DNA of 64,000 nucleotides from an uncultured archaeon (GTDB lineage Archaea > Thermoplasmatota > Penumbrarchaeia > JASLWR01): NCBI GenBank assembly GCA_964342815.1, contig CAYFHS010000002.1, positions 120,790 to 184,789 on the forward strand, written 5' to 3'. Shown here piece after piece: positions 46,026 through 56,212 of this stretch. The number at the start of each line of letters is the position of its first letter. Position 1 is the first letter of the stretch. The notes under the pieces are model-generated. The model made no database searches. It was given only the letters and a program-made list of their open reading frames with translations, and had not been told where the DNA came from. The translations under genes were made by a program, and so were the position numbers.

Positions 46026-48875
46026 ATGTTAGTGGTTTTTTTCATGATAAAGGAATCGAAATGGATTATATTCATGATCACCATTTTCCTCGTTGTTAAT
46101 GTGATCAGGTGCAATAATAGCGTATCCGCTTCTTTTCCGATAAACATTGCCTGGGTGACATTTTCGGATCACTCCAATGAAGTGGTTTCGGTATCATGGT
46201 CGCCCGACGAGGGAAAGATCGCCTCGTGTTCCTATGACGGGACCGTAAAGATATGGATCCCTTCTACCAAAGAAATCATCCGGACTTTTTCTAATCTGGA
46301 AGGATACGTTATGGACCTCGCGTGGTCCCCCGACAGCACTAAGATAGTCGCCTCCTCATATGAGATTGCCAAGATATGGGATGTGGGGAGCGGTAGTATA
46401 GTGACCACATACTCCGGTCATACCAATTACATCACCTGTGTCTCTTGGGCTGCTACCGGAAACAAGATCGCCTCTGGAGCCGGGGACAATACCATAAAGA
46501 TATGGGATGCTGTGACAGGAAACGAGATATCCGATCTGAACGGACACAACGGCACGGTGCTCGATGTCGCCTGGTCACCGGATGCAACGAAACTGGCATC
46601 CTGTTCAAGCGATAACACCATAAAGATATGGAATGTGACAGCTGAGCAAGCCATATCTTCCCTGGAAGGACACACAGGTGCAGTTAATGGGATTTCTTGG
46701 TCCCCCGATGGCAACTTTCTTGTTTCTTGTTCCTCTGATAATTATATCAAGATCTGGAACGTCACTAACGAAAACGTCATAACGACATTGTCCGGCCATA
46801 CCCTGAGTGTCAGTTCTGTGGTATGTTCACCGGACGGGACGATGATCCTTTCAACTTCATTCGACCAATCGGCGAGGGTGTGGGATTTTGAGACCGGAGA
46901 TGAGATCATAGGTCTTTTAGAACACAGCTCAGGTCTACATTCCGCTGCGTGGTGTCCCGACACTATGTCGGTGGTCACTTGTTCTGAGGATTACACTGCA
47001 AAGGTATGGTATCTCGATTTCGATGGAGATGATTTTGTGAGAGATTCCTTTCCCCTGGACCCGGCCGCCAGTAAAGATACTGACGGCGATGGAACTCCGG
47101 ATTCATGGAACGAGGGAATGAATGAAAATGACTCTCTCTATGACCTTTACTTGGATATTTTCCCGACCGATCCTTCAGCATCTGTCGATACCGATGAAGA
47201 CGGTTGGCCGGATGAGTGGAATGAGGGCTGTACCGAGAATGATAGCACGACTTGGCTGGTTCTTGATGCTTTTCCAACCGATCCTGCCGCGAGTATGGAT
47301 CGCGATGGAGATAATTACCCTGACCGATGGAACGGCGGTTATGGTCCCAATAGTTCCACTTTGGGATTAGAAAGACTTGATGATTTCCCGAATGATCCGG
47401 CTGCTAGCCTGGACACTGATGGTGATGGGTATCCGTACATGTGGAATGCCGGAAAGGGACCGACCGATTCGACCACGGGTTTAAGACTTGATGATTTCAC
47501 ATATGATCCCGCAGCCTCGCTTGACAGCGACGGGGACGGTTTTCCCGATGAATGGAATCGCTTCAAAAGCGCTTCGGATTCCACCAAGGGATTGCGATTG
47601 GATGATCTTCCGCATGATATTGCAGCGAGCTTGGACACAGATGGTGACGGTTATCCCAACCAATGGAATCAGGGAATGGGGGTACATAATTCCGTCACTG
47701 GCTTGAAGATAGATGTATTTCCAAATGACCCTGCTGCGGCCCTTGATAGCGATGGCGACGGGGCGACCGACGAGTGGGTAGCGGGCAAGGATAAAGATGA
47801 CTCTTTCGATAGATTGGAACTGGATGCGTTTCCTTATGATATTGCAGCTACCGTGGATAGCGATGGCGACGGTTACCCTGATAAATGGAACCCTGGAATG
47901 ACAAAGAAAGACTCGGTAACGGGTTTAGTTCTGGATTCATTTCCTGATGATTCCGCGGCCACTCTTGATACAGATGGTGACGGATACCCCGATCGTTGGA
48001 ATGAGGGGATGAATGAATCAAATTCATCCACGGATCTACGCTTGGATGCGTTTCCTTATGATCCAGCTGCGAGCCTGGATAGCGATGGTGACGGCTCACC
48101 GGATTTCTGGAATATAGGTAAATCCAAAATAGACTCCACCAAGGATCTTACCCTTGACGATTTCCCGAACGATACCGCTGCGAGCCTTGATACCGACAGG
48201 GATGGCTCACCAGATTCATGGAATGAACGAATGTCTCAAAAGGATTCCACTACCGGGCTTGTACTGGATGCATATCCTCATGATTCTAGTAGATACTGGA
48301 CAGAAGATGAAAGTGGAAATAACTTTCTATGGCTGGTAATGATCATTGTTATATTATTCATTGTTATCTTATCAGGAATAGGTGTATTTCTATTTATCCG
48401 AACAAGAAAAAAGAATGCAACCTCTAATCAGGAAAGTGAAAGCGAATATATTAATACCGAAGTGGATATCGTATACCCATCTACAGATTTGTCAGCTGGT
48501 GATTCATCAACGCATTTTGCAAAAAGACAACCTGAATATTACGGAAGGACCAAAAATTTTCCTCCCCCAAGTGATTATATTCCTCATCAAAGAAAGGAAA
48601 GTTTTATGGATAACATAAATCCGTATGAGCGATCCGTAGGGAATTCTATTCAGGAGGATGTTCCGGTAGGATCGGGTTGGTTGCCACCTGTGAAGAAGAT
48701 ATCCGCATCCAATCTACCCGAACCTCAAATAGCCCGGTTGCAGTTGTCCGAACCAAAATTGAAAACCATTACCTGTTCGGGTTGTGATGGAAAATTCATG
48801 GGTCAAATCTCTGTTGTGCCTTCCATGGTGACTTGTCCGTTTTGTGGAGTTGAAAAAATAATTGCTTCCTTTTAG
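46026..48875 (+). CDS. Membrane-anchored protein: signal peptide, 7 WD40 repeats, 11-12 DxDGDG Ca-binding (TSP3-like) repeats, TM, C-terminal zinc ribbon
   Basis: GH..V..V.WSPD....S.S.D.T.KIW repeats; 37-aa FPxDPAASLDxDGDGxPDxWN units; TM; CSGC...CPFCG. Confidence 0.92.
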   Translation: MLVVFFMIKESKWIIFMITIFLVVNVIRCNNSVSASFPINIAWVTFSDHSNEVVSVSWSPDEGKIASCSYDGTVKIWIPSTKEIIRTFSNLEGYVMDLAWSPDSTKIVASSYEIAKIWDVGSGSIVTTYSGHTNYITCVSWAATGNKIASGAGDNTIKIWDAVTGNEISDLNGHNGTVLDVAWSPDATKLASCSSDNTIKIWNVTAEQAISSLEGHTGAVNGISWSPDGNFLVSCSSDNYIKIWNVTNENVITTLSGHTLSVSSVVCSPDGTMILSTSFDQSARVWDFETGDEIIGLLEHSSGLHSAAWCPDTMSVVTCSEDYTAKVWYLDFDGDDFVRDSFPLDPAASKDTDGDGTPDSWNEGMNENDSLYDLYLDIFPTDPSASVDTDEDGWPDEWNEGCTENDSTTWLVLDAFPTDPAASMDRDGDNYPDRWNGGYGPNSSTLGLERLDDFPNDPAASLDTDGDGYPYMWNAGKGPTDSTTGLRLDDFTYDPAASLDSDGDGFPDEWNRFKSASDSTKGLRLDDLPHDIAASLDTDGDGYPNQWNQGMGVHNSVTGLKIDVFPNDPAAALDSDGDGATDEWVAGKDKDDSFDRLELDAFPYDIAATVDSDGDGYPDKWNPGMTKKDSVTGLVLDSFPDDSAATLDTDGDGYPDRWNEGMNESNSSTDLRLDAFPYDPAASLDSDGDGSPDFWNIGKSKIDSTKDLTLDDFPNDTAASLDTDRDGSPDSWNERMSQKDSTTGLVLDAYPHDSSRYWTEDESGNNFLWLVMIIVILFIVILSGIGVFLFIRTRKKNATSNQESESEYINTEVDIVYPSTDLSAGDSSTHFAKRQPEYYGRTKNFPPPSDYIPHQRKESFMDNINPYERSVGNSIQEDVPVGSGWLPPVKKISASNLPEPQIARLQLSEPKLKTITCSGCDGKFMGQISVVPSMVTCPFCGVEKIIASF
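47049..48296 (+). repeat. In-frame repeat of about 111 bp (37 aa), 11 full copies plus a partial copy
   Basis: FPxDxAASLDxDGDG recurs every 37 aa (one unit is 38 aa); the DNA is diverged. Confidence 0.9.
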
Positions 48876-48946
48876 CTCTATCCTTCTCAGGATAAAAACA
48901 ATCCTCAGTTGTTTTAGCAATAACGAATACAATCTCGAACAGATAA

Positions 48947-49732
48947 TTAATAATTGGGCGGCATTGAATAATATGGATAACTCATATCATCGTGTCTCTG
49001 TCCAGGACTTTCCAGTGTTGTTCCTATCATGAAAGCTGCGGCAGCCATTAAAAAGTGCCCGATGGAAGAAACTGCCCTGATAGCATAGAGCATTCCCGGG
49101 TCAAGTGCGTCCTGCATTTCTGCCAAAGATTCCTCTTCCTCAAAATCAACATCGCTGTAGACATTCCTTACGTCCTCGATTACAGACATAAGGAGTATCA
49201 CATTGACAATAGTAAGGACAATAACCAGAGACTCACCAATTATTCCCAATAATTGGGCCGGTTTCTTTTCGGACCAGAAACTGGGTCCTCCTTCTGCAAG
49301 GACCTGGGCAATGGCTGAAAATACACCGAAAATACCTAAGATGAGAACCCAACTGAGCAGATCCTCGAACGCTGTATTGTAATCCGTCTCCGACCCGTCG
49401 GAGGAAAAAGAACCAATAATGCTCGCTATCATAAAGAATGCTAAAACGATGGTTATTAAGAATAAAACACCCATACTTATACTACCGATCAAGCCTGCGA
49501 TTGCTCCTTTTCTCCCCTCTTTTGACAGTTCGTTCCTTTTCACAAAGATAACAATATTGCCGGCCACAACAAGCCCCAGGCCAGCAAGGCCCAGAAGTCC
49601 GGATAGACAGGATAGACCCATTTGACCTCCATCTGATCCGCCAGTACCACTTGAACCGGTTGGAAGGAGTAAATTAAAACCCAAACAGAGTATTCCAGAG
49701 CCTAACAGCATGTATCCGGTTTTCGCACCCAT
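48947..49732 (-). CDS. Hypothetical polytopic membrane protein
   Basis: At least five long hydrophobic segments; no recognised motif. Confidence 0.75.
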   Translation of the reverse strand: MGAKTGYMLLGSGILCLGFNLLLPTGSSGTGGSDGGQMGLSCLSGLLGLAGLGLVVAGNIVIFVKRNELSKEGRKGAIAGLIGSISMGVLFLITIVLAFFMIASIIGSFSSDGSETDYNTAFEDLLSWVLILGIFGVFSAIAQVLAEGGPSFWSEKKPAQLLGIIGESLVIVLTIVNVILLMSVIEDVRNVYSDVDFEEEESLAEMQDALDPGMLYAIRAVSSIGHFLMAAAAFMIGTTLESPGQRHDDMSYPYYSMPPNY

Positions 49733-49968
49733 AGTATCACCATTAATGACATTTGCTTTTATACTATTTCTGTCTACCTATAATATAATTTTTATCGGTT
49801 TCCCACGAAGCTCTACAGAGAGAAAGAGAGGCACGGACGGGCAGTGGAGCATGCTCGTAATAAATATCTGTTATGTTTGTCTGGAAAAAAGAATGATATT
49901 AGATTGTATGTTGATTGTGTATTGGAACGTAGGGAGAAGTGATTGTATAACTTTCTCCTTGTTTAATC

Positions 49969-50898
49969 TTACCCCCAATCAACGTCATCGTAGTATTTAT
50001 TTTCATCACCCATATCATAATCGCCATCATCGTAATCTTCCTGATACGAATAACGTCGGGGATTTTCATGATACTTGTCTCTTCTTGGAACTCCCCTTTT
50101 TTTAAATAAACTTCGCGAATCCCTTCCTCTCATTTTCTCCCCCTCACCCCTACTTCTCCGCCTGTGGTTTTGGAATGAGGGTCTTGAATGCGTTCTTCCC
50201 CTGAAACGACCTTCTTTTAGCATTCTTCTTTCATCCCTATCTCTTTCAATTTGCCATGAGTTCTGGTCCCTTTTATGGGTGCTTCGTTCTCTTTTTGGGA
50301 TGATCTCTCTTTCTCTATTTATTGAGATACGATGTCGGGCGCCAACCATTTTTCTTCCCGGAGATATTTCAAGACCTTTTTGGGAATCCTTTTCCCTCCT
50401 TTTTTCCTGCAGATACTCTTCACTTTGACGAGTTCCGGCCCACTGTGCCCATCGGCGTTTGTCTGCGGAATCCTCCCACTCATCGTAATCTTCATATTCT
50501 TCGATGAAATCATACTTCCCTTTCTTTGAAAAAGCTTTTCTTACATTACTGTTAAGCAGCAAATATAGAGCAATTACTAAATATAAAATAATGCCGCATA
50601 AGGCAGGAATATATCCCAATGCTAAATTTAAAAACCCTCCCATCACTCCTAAAAAGCTAAACGTTATTATAACAATCCGGGCCCAATTCTTGGCTTTCCA
50701 TAAATAATAAGCAACATAAACCATGCCTATTCCCATAATTATAGACACAAAACAAATCGTATAGATCACTATCACATTAACATTACCCGGGATATCCGAT
50801 CCTAAAACAAACAATATGAAAGCAGCTACTATCCAAATAATAGACAATACAATTAGAAAAACAGAGATGGCTTTCACACCACCCGGCACCTTTTTCAT
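49969..50898 (-). CDS. Four-TM membrane protein with a long Arg-rich/acidic disordered C-terminal tail
   Basis: PGGVKAISV...GL..AKNWARIV..., YLLLNSNVRKAF, then a low-complexity charged tail. Confidence 0.78.
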   Translation of the reverse strand: MKKVPGGVKAISVFLIVLSIIWIVAAFILFVLGSDIPGNVNVIVIYTICFVSIIMGIGMVYVAYYLWKAKNWARIVIITFSFLGVMGGFLNLALGYIPALCGIILYLVIALYLLLNSNVRKAFSKKGKYDFIEEYEDYDEWEDSADKRRWAQWAGTRQSEEYLQEKRREKDSQKGLEISPGRKMVGARHRISINREREIIPKRERSTHKRDQNSWQIERDRDERRMLKEGRFRGRTHSRPSFQNHRRRSRGEGEKMRGRDSRSLFKKRGVPRRDKYHENPRRYSYQEDYDDGDYDMGDENKYYDDVDWG

Positions 50899-51100
50899 TA
50901 TTATTCCTACAAACAGTTATCATTTATAATTTTTGTCTTAATGTCGTATAACTAGCAAAATTGACCATTTTTGTAATATTCGAAAACCAACTGGACGTTC
51001 GATTATCATTTCTATTTATCCAACCCGCAGATAAAGATTGGCCGGTATTTTACCGACCTTGGAGACTACCGTCTCCTTTTGTAATCATTTTATTTTTTTG

Positions 51101-51130
51101 TCGGGCCTGCGTTTCTTGCGTCGCAGGCCC
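51101..51130. repeat. Dispersed palindromic element, copy 2
   Basis: GGGCCTGCG-TTTCTTGCGT-CGCAGGCCC; differs from copy 1 by a compensatory A-T to G-C stem pair and one loop base. Confidence 0.7.
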
Positions 51131-51250
51131 TTTAGGTAAACAAGTCGTCAATTGTCCCTATATGTCTGTTTTCAATTCGAAATAATAAACAATGTTTTTA
51201 ATCTGTTCTTCCGTTATACGTATCTCCCACAGCAGCCACCGGGTGCCAAA

Positions 51251-52954
51251 ATGAGTGAAACGATCAAAAGAATATCAAAACGATACCGCCGCGTGATTCT
51301 TTTATTCATGTTCTTCACCGGTGTATGCTCCTTTGGTTACGAGGTTCTGTTAGAGCGAGCCGTTGGAATACTCGTTGGCTCTTCATCGGTGGCAATGGGT
51401 CTCATCATATCCACGTTCATAATGGGATACCTCTCGTCGTTCTACTTCGGGAAACTGGCGGACCGCGTCGAATCCAAAAGGAAACTCGTAACCATGCTGG
51501 CAATGCTCGAGTGTCTTATCTGCATCGCCCTCGTTCTCGTGATACCCATTTCGAGATACAGTCTGCTTATCGCCGATTATCTGTCCTACCTCATTTTCTT
51601 CTATTACCTGGATTACTACTACGTGCTTCTCATTACAATAGGCCTCATAGCCCTGATCGTTCCGCTTCTCATGGGCGCGGAGATACCCATTGCCATGAAG
51701 CTTATGGCCTGGGCCGAGAGGGAGGAAGGCCGCGACACCTACGGGGATGTGGGAAAGATATCCGGGAAAATATTCACAGTGGACAGTCTCGGCGCCGGGC
51801 TGGGCGGCCTGCTGACCGCTCTCTTCTTCATACCGTTCCTGGGGAGAACCTATACATCCCTTTTACTGGCCCTTACCACCCTCTGCGCGGGAATGATTCT
51901 TCTTTTTACCCATCAGTGGTACGTTCGCCGCATGGGGTTGGACCGCATACCCGCCGATTTGAAAAAGAATAAAAAAGCACACTACCTCCGGCGGAAGCGG
52001 ACCACAGCCCCCTACAAGATCGCTGTGGTCATCCTCTTCGTGATCCTCCTGATACTGGCAAACATGTCCGAGATCGAGGAAAGATCCATCGACAGGTTCT
52101 ACGGCGGGAACGTTTTATTCCATAAGGACAGCAAGTACCAGGAGATAGTGATCACCCATCACGAACCTGAGGGAACCACACTCTATCTCAACGGGCAGCT
52201 TCAGATAAGCGAGCTTGACGACGCCATGTATCACGAGTTCCTGATCCATCCTGCTCTTGTAACTCATCCGGCTCCCAGGAAGGTTCTCGTTATAGGGGGG
52301 GGCGACGGTGGCGCGGTAGAGGAGATACTGAAACACGATACCGTAATGGAAATAACCTTCGTGGAGCTGGACATCGAAGTTATTAATGTATGCAAGAAAT
52401 ATTTGAAGTCCATCAACGACAACTGTTTCAACGATCCCCGTGTAGACGTGAAGATCACAGACGGCAGGATATTCGTGAGAGACTACGAAGGAGAGAAGTT
52501 CGACGTGGTGGTGGGCGATCTGCCGGACCCCGATACCGAAGCGGTTGCAATGCTGTACACCACCGAGTTCTTCGGGGACGTGAAGAACGTGTTGAAAGAG
52601 GATGGAATATTCGTTTTGCAATCCTGCTCCTGGTTCGAGTATCCGAAGATAACCATGTCCATAGTGGAGACGCTCCACTCGGTCTTTTCGGAGGTCGACC
52701 TTTACCTGTATAACGTGTGGACATACGGCCCTTGGAGTTCAGCCGTGGGATCCGAGAAACTTATACCAAGTAACATGTCCTCGAAAGATATCGATTTTAT
52801 ATTGAACGAGCGCACGGTAACTACGGAATATTACAACGGGGACACCCACAATGCGTCTTTTTCCATGAGCAAGAATCCTTTCCTTGAAAGCGCCCGTAAA
52901 GACGCCAGGATATCGACTATTGACCGACCAATACTGCAGAACCCGTGGGAGTGA
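51251..52954 (+). CDS. speE: Membrane (MFS-like TM bundle) fused spermidine synthase/aminopropyltransferase, paralog 1
   Basis: About 7 TMs (F.TG.CS.GYEV...; DSLGAGLGG), then SKYQEI, LYLNGQLQ, YHE, IGGGDGG, VELD, DLPDP, LYTTEF. Confidence 0.88.
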   Translation: MSETIKRISKRYRRVILLFMFFTGVCSFGYEVLLERAVGILVGSSSVAMGLIISTFIMGYLSSFYFGKLADRVESKRKLVTMLAMLECLICIALVLVIPISRYSLLIADYLSYLIFFYYLDYYYVLLITIGLIALIVPLLMGAEIPIAMKLMAWAEREEGRDTYGDVGKISGKIFTVDSLGAGLGGLLTALFFIPFLGRTYTSLLLALTTLCAGMILLFTHQWYVRRMGLDRIPADLKKNKKAHYLRRKRTTAPYKIAVVILFVILLILANMSEIEERSIDRFYGGNVLFHKDSKYQEIVITHHEPEGTTLYLNGQLQISELDDAMYHEFLIHPALVTHPAPRKVLVIGGGDGGAVEEILKHDTVMEITFVELDIEVINVCKKYLKSINDNCFNDPRVDVKITDGRIFVRDYEGEKFDVVVGDLPDPDTEAVAMLYTTEFFGDVKNVLKEDGIFVLQSCSWFEYPKITMSIVETLHSVFSEVDLYLYNVWTYGPWSSAVGSEKLIPSNMSSKDIDFILNERTVTTEYYNGDTHNASFSMSKNPFLESARKDARISTIDRPILQNPWE

Positions 52955-54687
52955 TGAGCTTGAAGGATGCCGAGAACGGACAAAGGGATTTGAGACCATT
53001 CATCTGCCTGGTCATGTTCATCACAGGGTTCGTCTCTTTCGGTTACGAGGTGGTGATGCAGGCATTGGCAGTGGTTTATCTGGGTTCGTCGAACATCAGT
53101 ATGGGCGTGGTAATATCAATGTTCATTCTGGGTTATCTTACGAGCATTCTGTTCGGAATGTGGGTGGATCGTTTGAAAGTGACGAAATACCTGATTCTTC
53201 TGTTCATGGCAATAGAGCTTCTAGTTGGAATTTTCATCATTTTCATGGGAGATTTCGTCAGTTCCGCCCCAATCATTGCAGAGTGGTTCGCCGATCTTCC
53301 GCTTCTCGGCGGTTTATCCTATTATACCTACCTTCTAATCGTGGTGGCCTTCATGGCCGGTATTGTCCCTGCGCTCATGGGGGGTGAGCTGCCAATCGCC
53401 ATGAAGATACTTTCCGGAATCTCCTCCAATGCCTACAAGGACATCGGAAAGAACACTGGTACCATTTTCGCTCTGGATTCACTGGGCTCGGCATTGGGCG
53501 GCGTTTTCACCGCGATGTTTCTGCTTGAGAATCTCGGAAAGAACGATGCAGCCCTCGTGGTGGGATTAGTTTCTCTTTTCGTGGTTTTATTGTTTGGAAT
53601 ACTGTATATGACCTACGGCAAGAGACCAGCGTTAACGAGACAATGGCCAAGAATTCGCCGCCTGAGGACAGTGGTGAAGGAGCGACGGCGGGCTATAATC
53701 TGGTTTCTCGTCATTGGCACCATCCTGTCCACCCTTTTGGTGAATCTCGCACCCATAAAATACGGCGGACAGCAGGAGAATTACCCCGGAGTAGTGATCC
53801 ATTACCAGGAAACGCCGTACAACACCATTGCGGTAAGCGAGCATATGGAACTGGATTTCACCATGTATCAGAACTCGAAACTTGTTCTTTCGCAAAGGGA
53901 CCATTTTCAGTTGTACGAGCCCATGGTGCACGTACCCCTTATGAACATGCAAACCCCTGAACGTGTTCTGTTGCTTGGCGGTGGCAACGGCGGAGCCCTC
54001 TCGGAAGTGCTGAAGCATCCTTCGGTAATGGAGGTTACCGTGGTGGAGGTGGATCCTGCCATGGTGAAGGTCTCAAAGGAATATTTCTCGACGCTTCTCA
54101 ACTCTCCATTCGACGACCCGCGTGTGGAAGTGGTAAAAGAGATGCCGAGGGATTATCTTATTCGTTACGAGGATGATACTTCACAGGATGGAGGGAATAC
54201 CGGCGAGGCGTTAAAGTACGACTGTATATTCATCGATCTCATGGAGCCGCGGACCCTTGACCGGGCAATGAATTATACGGTGGAGTTCTACGATAACGTT
54301 TCACAGGTTCTGGCGGAGGATGGATTGGTAATAACTCATGCTTCTTCGCCTGTTCTCAGCCCGGAAAGCTGCGTTGTGATAAGGAACAGTATGACGCAGG
54401 CTTTCGGCTCGGCCCGTCTGTTCGGTACCGATTCGTGGTCCCACGGCCCCTATCTGTTCTCCATGGGATGGGCAGGCCGGGAACCCCAAGATGAGATGGA
54501 TCGGATAGAGGAAAATTTCGCCAATCTTACGGGGAAGACCAAGTTCTACACGCCTGTAAATCATCCGGCGTATTGGTTAAACGCCCGCACGAATATCATA
54601 ATTAAAGAGCTTGAGAAAACCGTGGTTTCCACCGATAACGAACCCTATCTGGAGATATTGGATGTGGAAAAAGTGGAATACTGGTGA
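52954..54687 (+). CDS. Membrane-fused spermidine-synthase-like protein, paralog 2, with altered active-site motifs
   Basis: Same architecture as paralog 1; TGATG stop/start overlap; motifs read GGGNGG, VEVD, DLMEP; Q/YHE motifs changed. Confidence 0.88.
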   Translation: MSLKDAENGQRDLRPFICLVMFITGFVSFGYEVVMQALAVVYLGSSNISMGVVISMFILGYLTSILFGMWVDRLKVTKYLILLFMAIELLVGIFIIFMGDFVSSAPIIAEWFADLPLLGGLSYYTYLLIVVAFMAGIVPALMGGELPIAMKILSGISSNAYKDIGKNTGTIFALDSLGSALGGVFTAMFLLENLGKNDAALVVGLVSLFVVLLFGILYMTYGKRPALTRQWPRIRRLRTVVKERRRAIIWFLVIGTILSTLLVNLAPIKYGGQQENYPGVVIHYQETPYNTIAVSEHMELDFTMYQNSKLVLSQRDHFQLYEPMVHVPLMNMQTPERVLLLGGGNGGALSEVLKHPSVMEVTVVEVDPAMVKVSKEYFSTLLNSPFDDPRVEVVKEMPRDYLIRYEDDTSQDGGNTGEALKYDCIFIDLMEPRTLDRAMNYTVEFYDNVSQVLAEDGLVITHASSPVLSPESCVVIRNSMTQAFGSARLFGTDSWSHGPYLFSMGWAGREPQDEMDRIEENFANLTGKTKFYTPVNHPAYWLNARTNIIIKELEKTVVSTDNEPYLEILDVEKVEYW

Positions 54688-54808
54688 AACTTTTATCTAA
54701 TTGAATCACAACTTTATTTTCATGAACGTACCAAAATAGATATATATATTCTAGAAAGGTATCTTAACCCTATATCAGTAATATACAAAGATGCAAAGGG
54801 TGATGAAA

Positions 54809-56086
54809 ATGAATAATTTATATAACATTCTTGGAGTTATATTGCTCGCCTCCACGGTGCTGACAGCAGGCTGTCTTGACGATAATGGGACCGATGAAAA
54901 TTCAAATTTACCTCCCGATTCGACAGGTGATTCCATCGTATTGGGAGGATTGAACGAGTTTATCAACAGCACTAATGAATTTTCTTTCAATATGTATCAG
55001 GAACTGACAGAGGGGAATGAAAATGTCTTCTTTTCACCTTACAGCATTACTACGGCACTTGGCATGGCATACGAGGGGGCCCGGGGTGAGACGGCTGCGG
55101 AGATGGAACAGGTATTGGAAATCCCGAAAGATAGGCAAACAAGACTGGATATGATGAAAGAGTACCAGAGTATATTCAATAAAAAAGGTCCTTCATACAA
55201 TCTGTCCACCGCAAATTCCTATTGGCTGAGAGAGGGCGGGTCGCTCAAGCAAGAATATAAAGATGCCATCGAGAACTACTATCTGGCTCATGGAGAAGAA
55301 CTGGACTTTGCTGGAGATCCTGCGGGTTCCGTGGATACCATAAACGAATGGGTGGAAGGGGAGACAAATGAAAAGATAAAAGACCTTCTTTCGGTACAGG
55401 ACATCGATTACATGACATATCTGGTACTGACCAATGCCATATATTTCAAATCCGACTGGAAATACCAGTTTGATGAAAGTGCAACGGAAAATATGGATTT
55501 TCACCTGTCGGATGGAACGGATATTACGACAGATATGATGCGGATGTGCGATGAAGACATCGACCTTAAGTATTCAAGCAATTCCGAAGTACAGCTTCTT
55601 CAGCTACCCTACGAGAATAATGAAATATCCATGTATGTAATGCTTCCAAAAGAGAATGATATCGGCACAGTTTCTTCAAAGCTAGATATTTCGTATTTGA
55701 ACACCCTGAAGAGCGATTTAACAGCCAAGTATATCGATCTGTATCTTCCAAAATTCAAGTTAGAGGAAAAATATAGACTGAAAAAGAATCTCAAAAACAT
55801 GGGAATGTCCACAGCTTTCACTTCGAATGCGGATTTCTCGGGAATTAACAACGCCGGTTTGTTCATCACAAAAGTTATTCATCAATCATTCATAGAGGTT
55901 AATGAAGAGGGCACGGAGGCGGCAGCAGCCACTGCAGTTATAATGGGGAATTTCTCAGCTGGTTCAGCTCCCGATCCAATTCAATTCAAGGCAGATCGCC
56001 CTTTTATGTTTATAATAGAACACAAAGAGAGCGGCCAGATTCTATTCATGGGAAAAGTAGAAGATCCTACGGGCGAACTCGGGTGA
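54809..56086 (+). CDS. Serpin (serine protease inhibitor) lipoprotein
   Basis: Lipobox-like LTAGC, NVFFSPYSI, INEWV..ETN.KI, LVLTNAIYFK, LPKFK, IEVNEEGTEAAAAT hinge, FKADRPF. Confidence 0.95.
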   Translation: MNNLYNILGVILLASTVLTAGCLDDNGTDENSNLPPDSTGDSIVLGGLNEFINSTNEFSFNMYQELTEGNENVFFSPYSITTALGMAYEGARGETAAEMEQVLEIPKDRQTRLDMMKEYQSIFNKKGPSYNLSTANSYWLREGGSLKQEYKDAIENYYLAHGEELDFAGDPAGSVDTINEWVEGETNEKIKDLLSVQDIDYMTYLVLTNAIYFKSDWKYQFDESATENMDFHLSDGTDITTDMMRMCDEDIDLKYSSNSEVQLLQLPYENNEISMYVMLPKENDIGTVSSKLDISYLNTLKSDLTAKYIDLYLPKFKLEEKYRLKKNLKNMGMSTAFTSNADFSGINNAGLFITKVIHQSFIEVNEEGTEAAAATAVIMGNFSAGSAPDPIQFKADRPFMFIIEHKESGQILFMGKVEDPTGELG

Positions 56087-56212
56087 AACTGGCTAATAAT
56101 GCAGTTGCCCATGGGCAAGGGGCATGAAAAATTTTAGCGGATATCGATAGGATCCAAATCTTGATCCGCTAAGTCAGGACCTTTCACGAGGAGCGGTTGA
56201 AATTCGTTTAGC

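Noticed and set aside
56066-56076. CCTACGGGCGA match to the dispersed hairpin family
   Set aside because: It lies inside the serpin coding end (P-T-G-E) and lacks the partner arm GCCCTCGG; probably chance.
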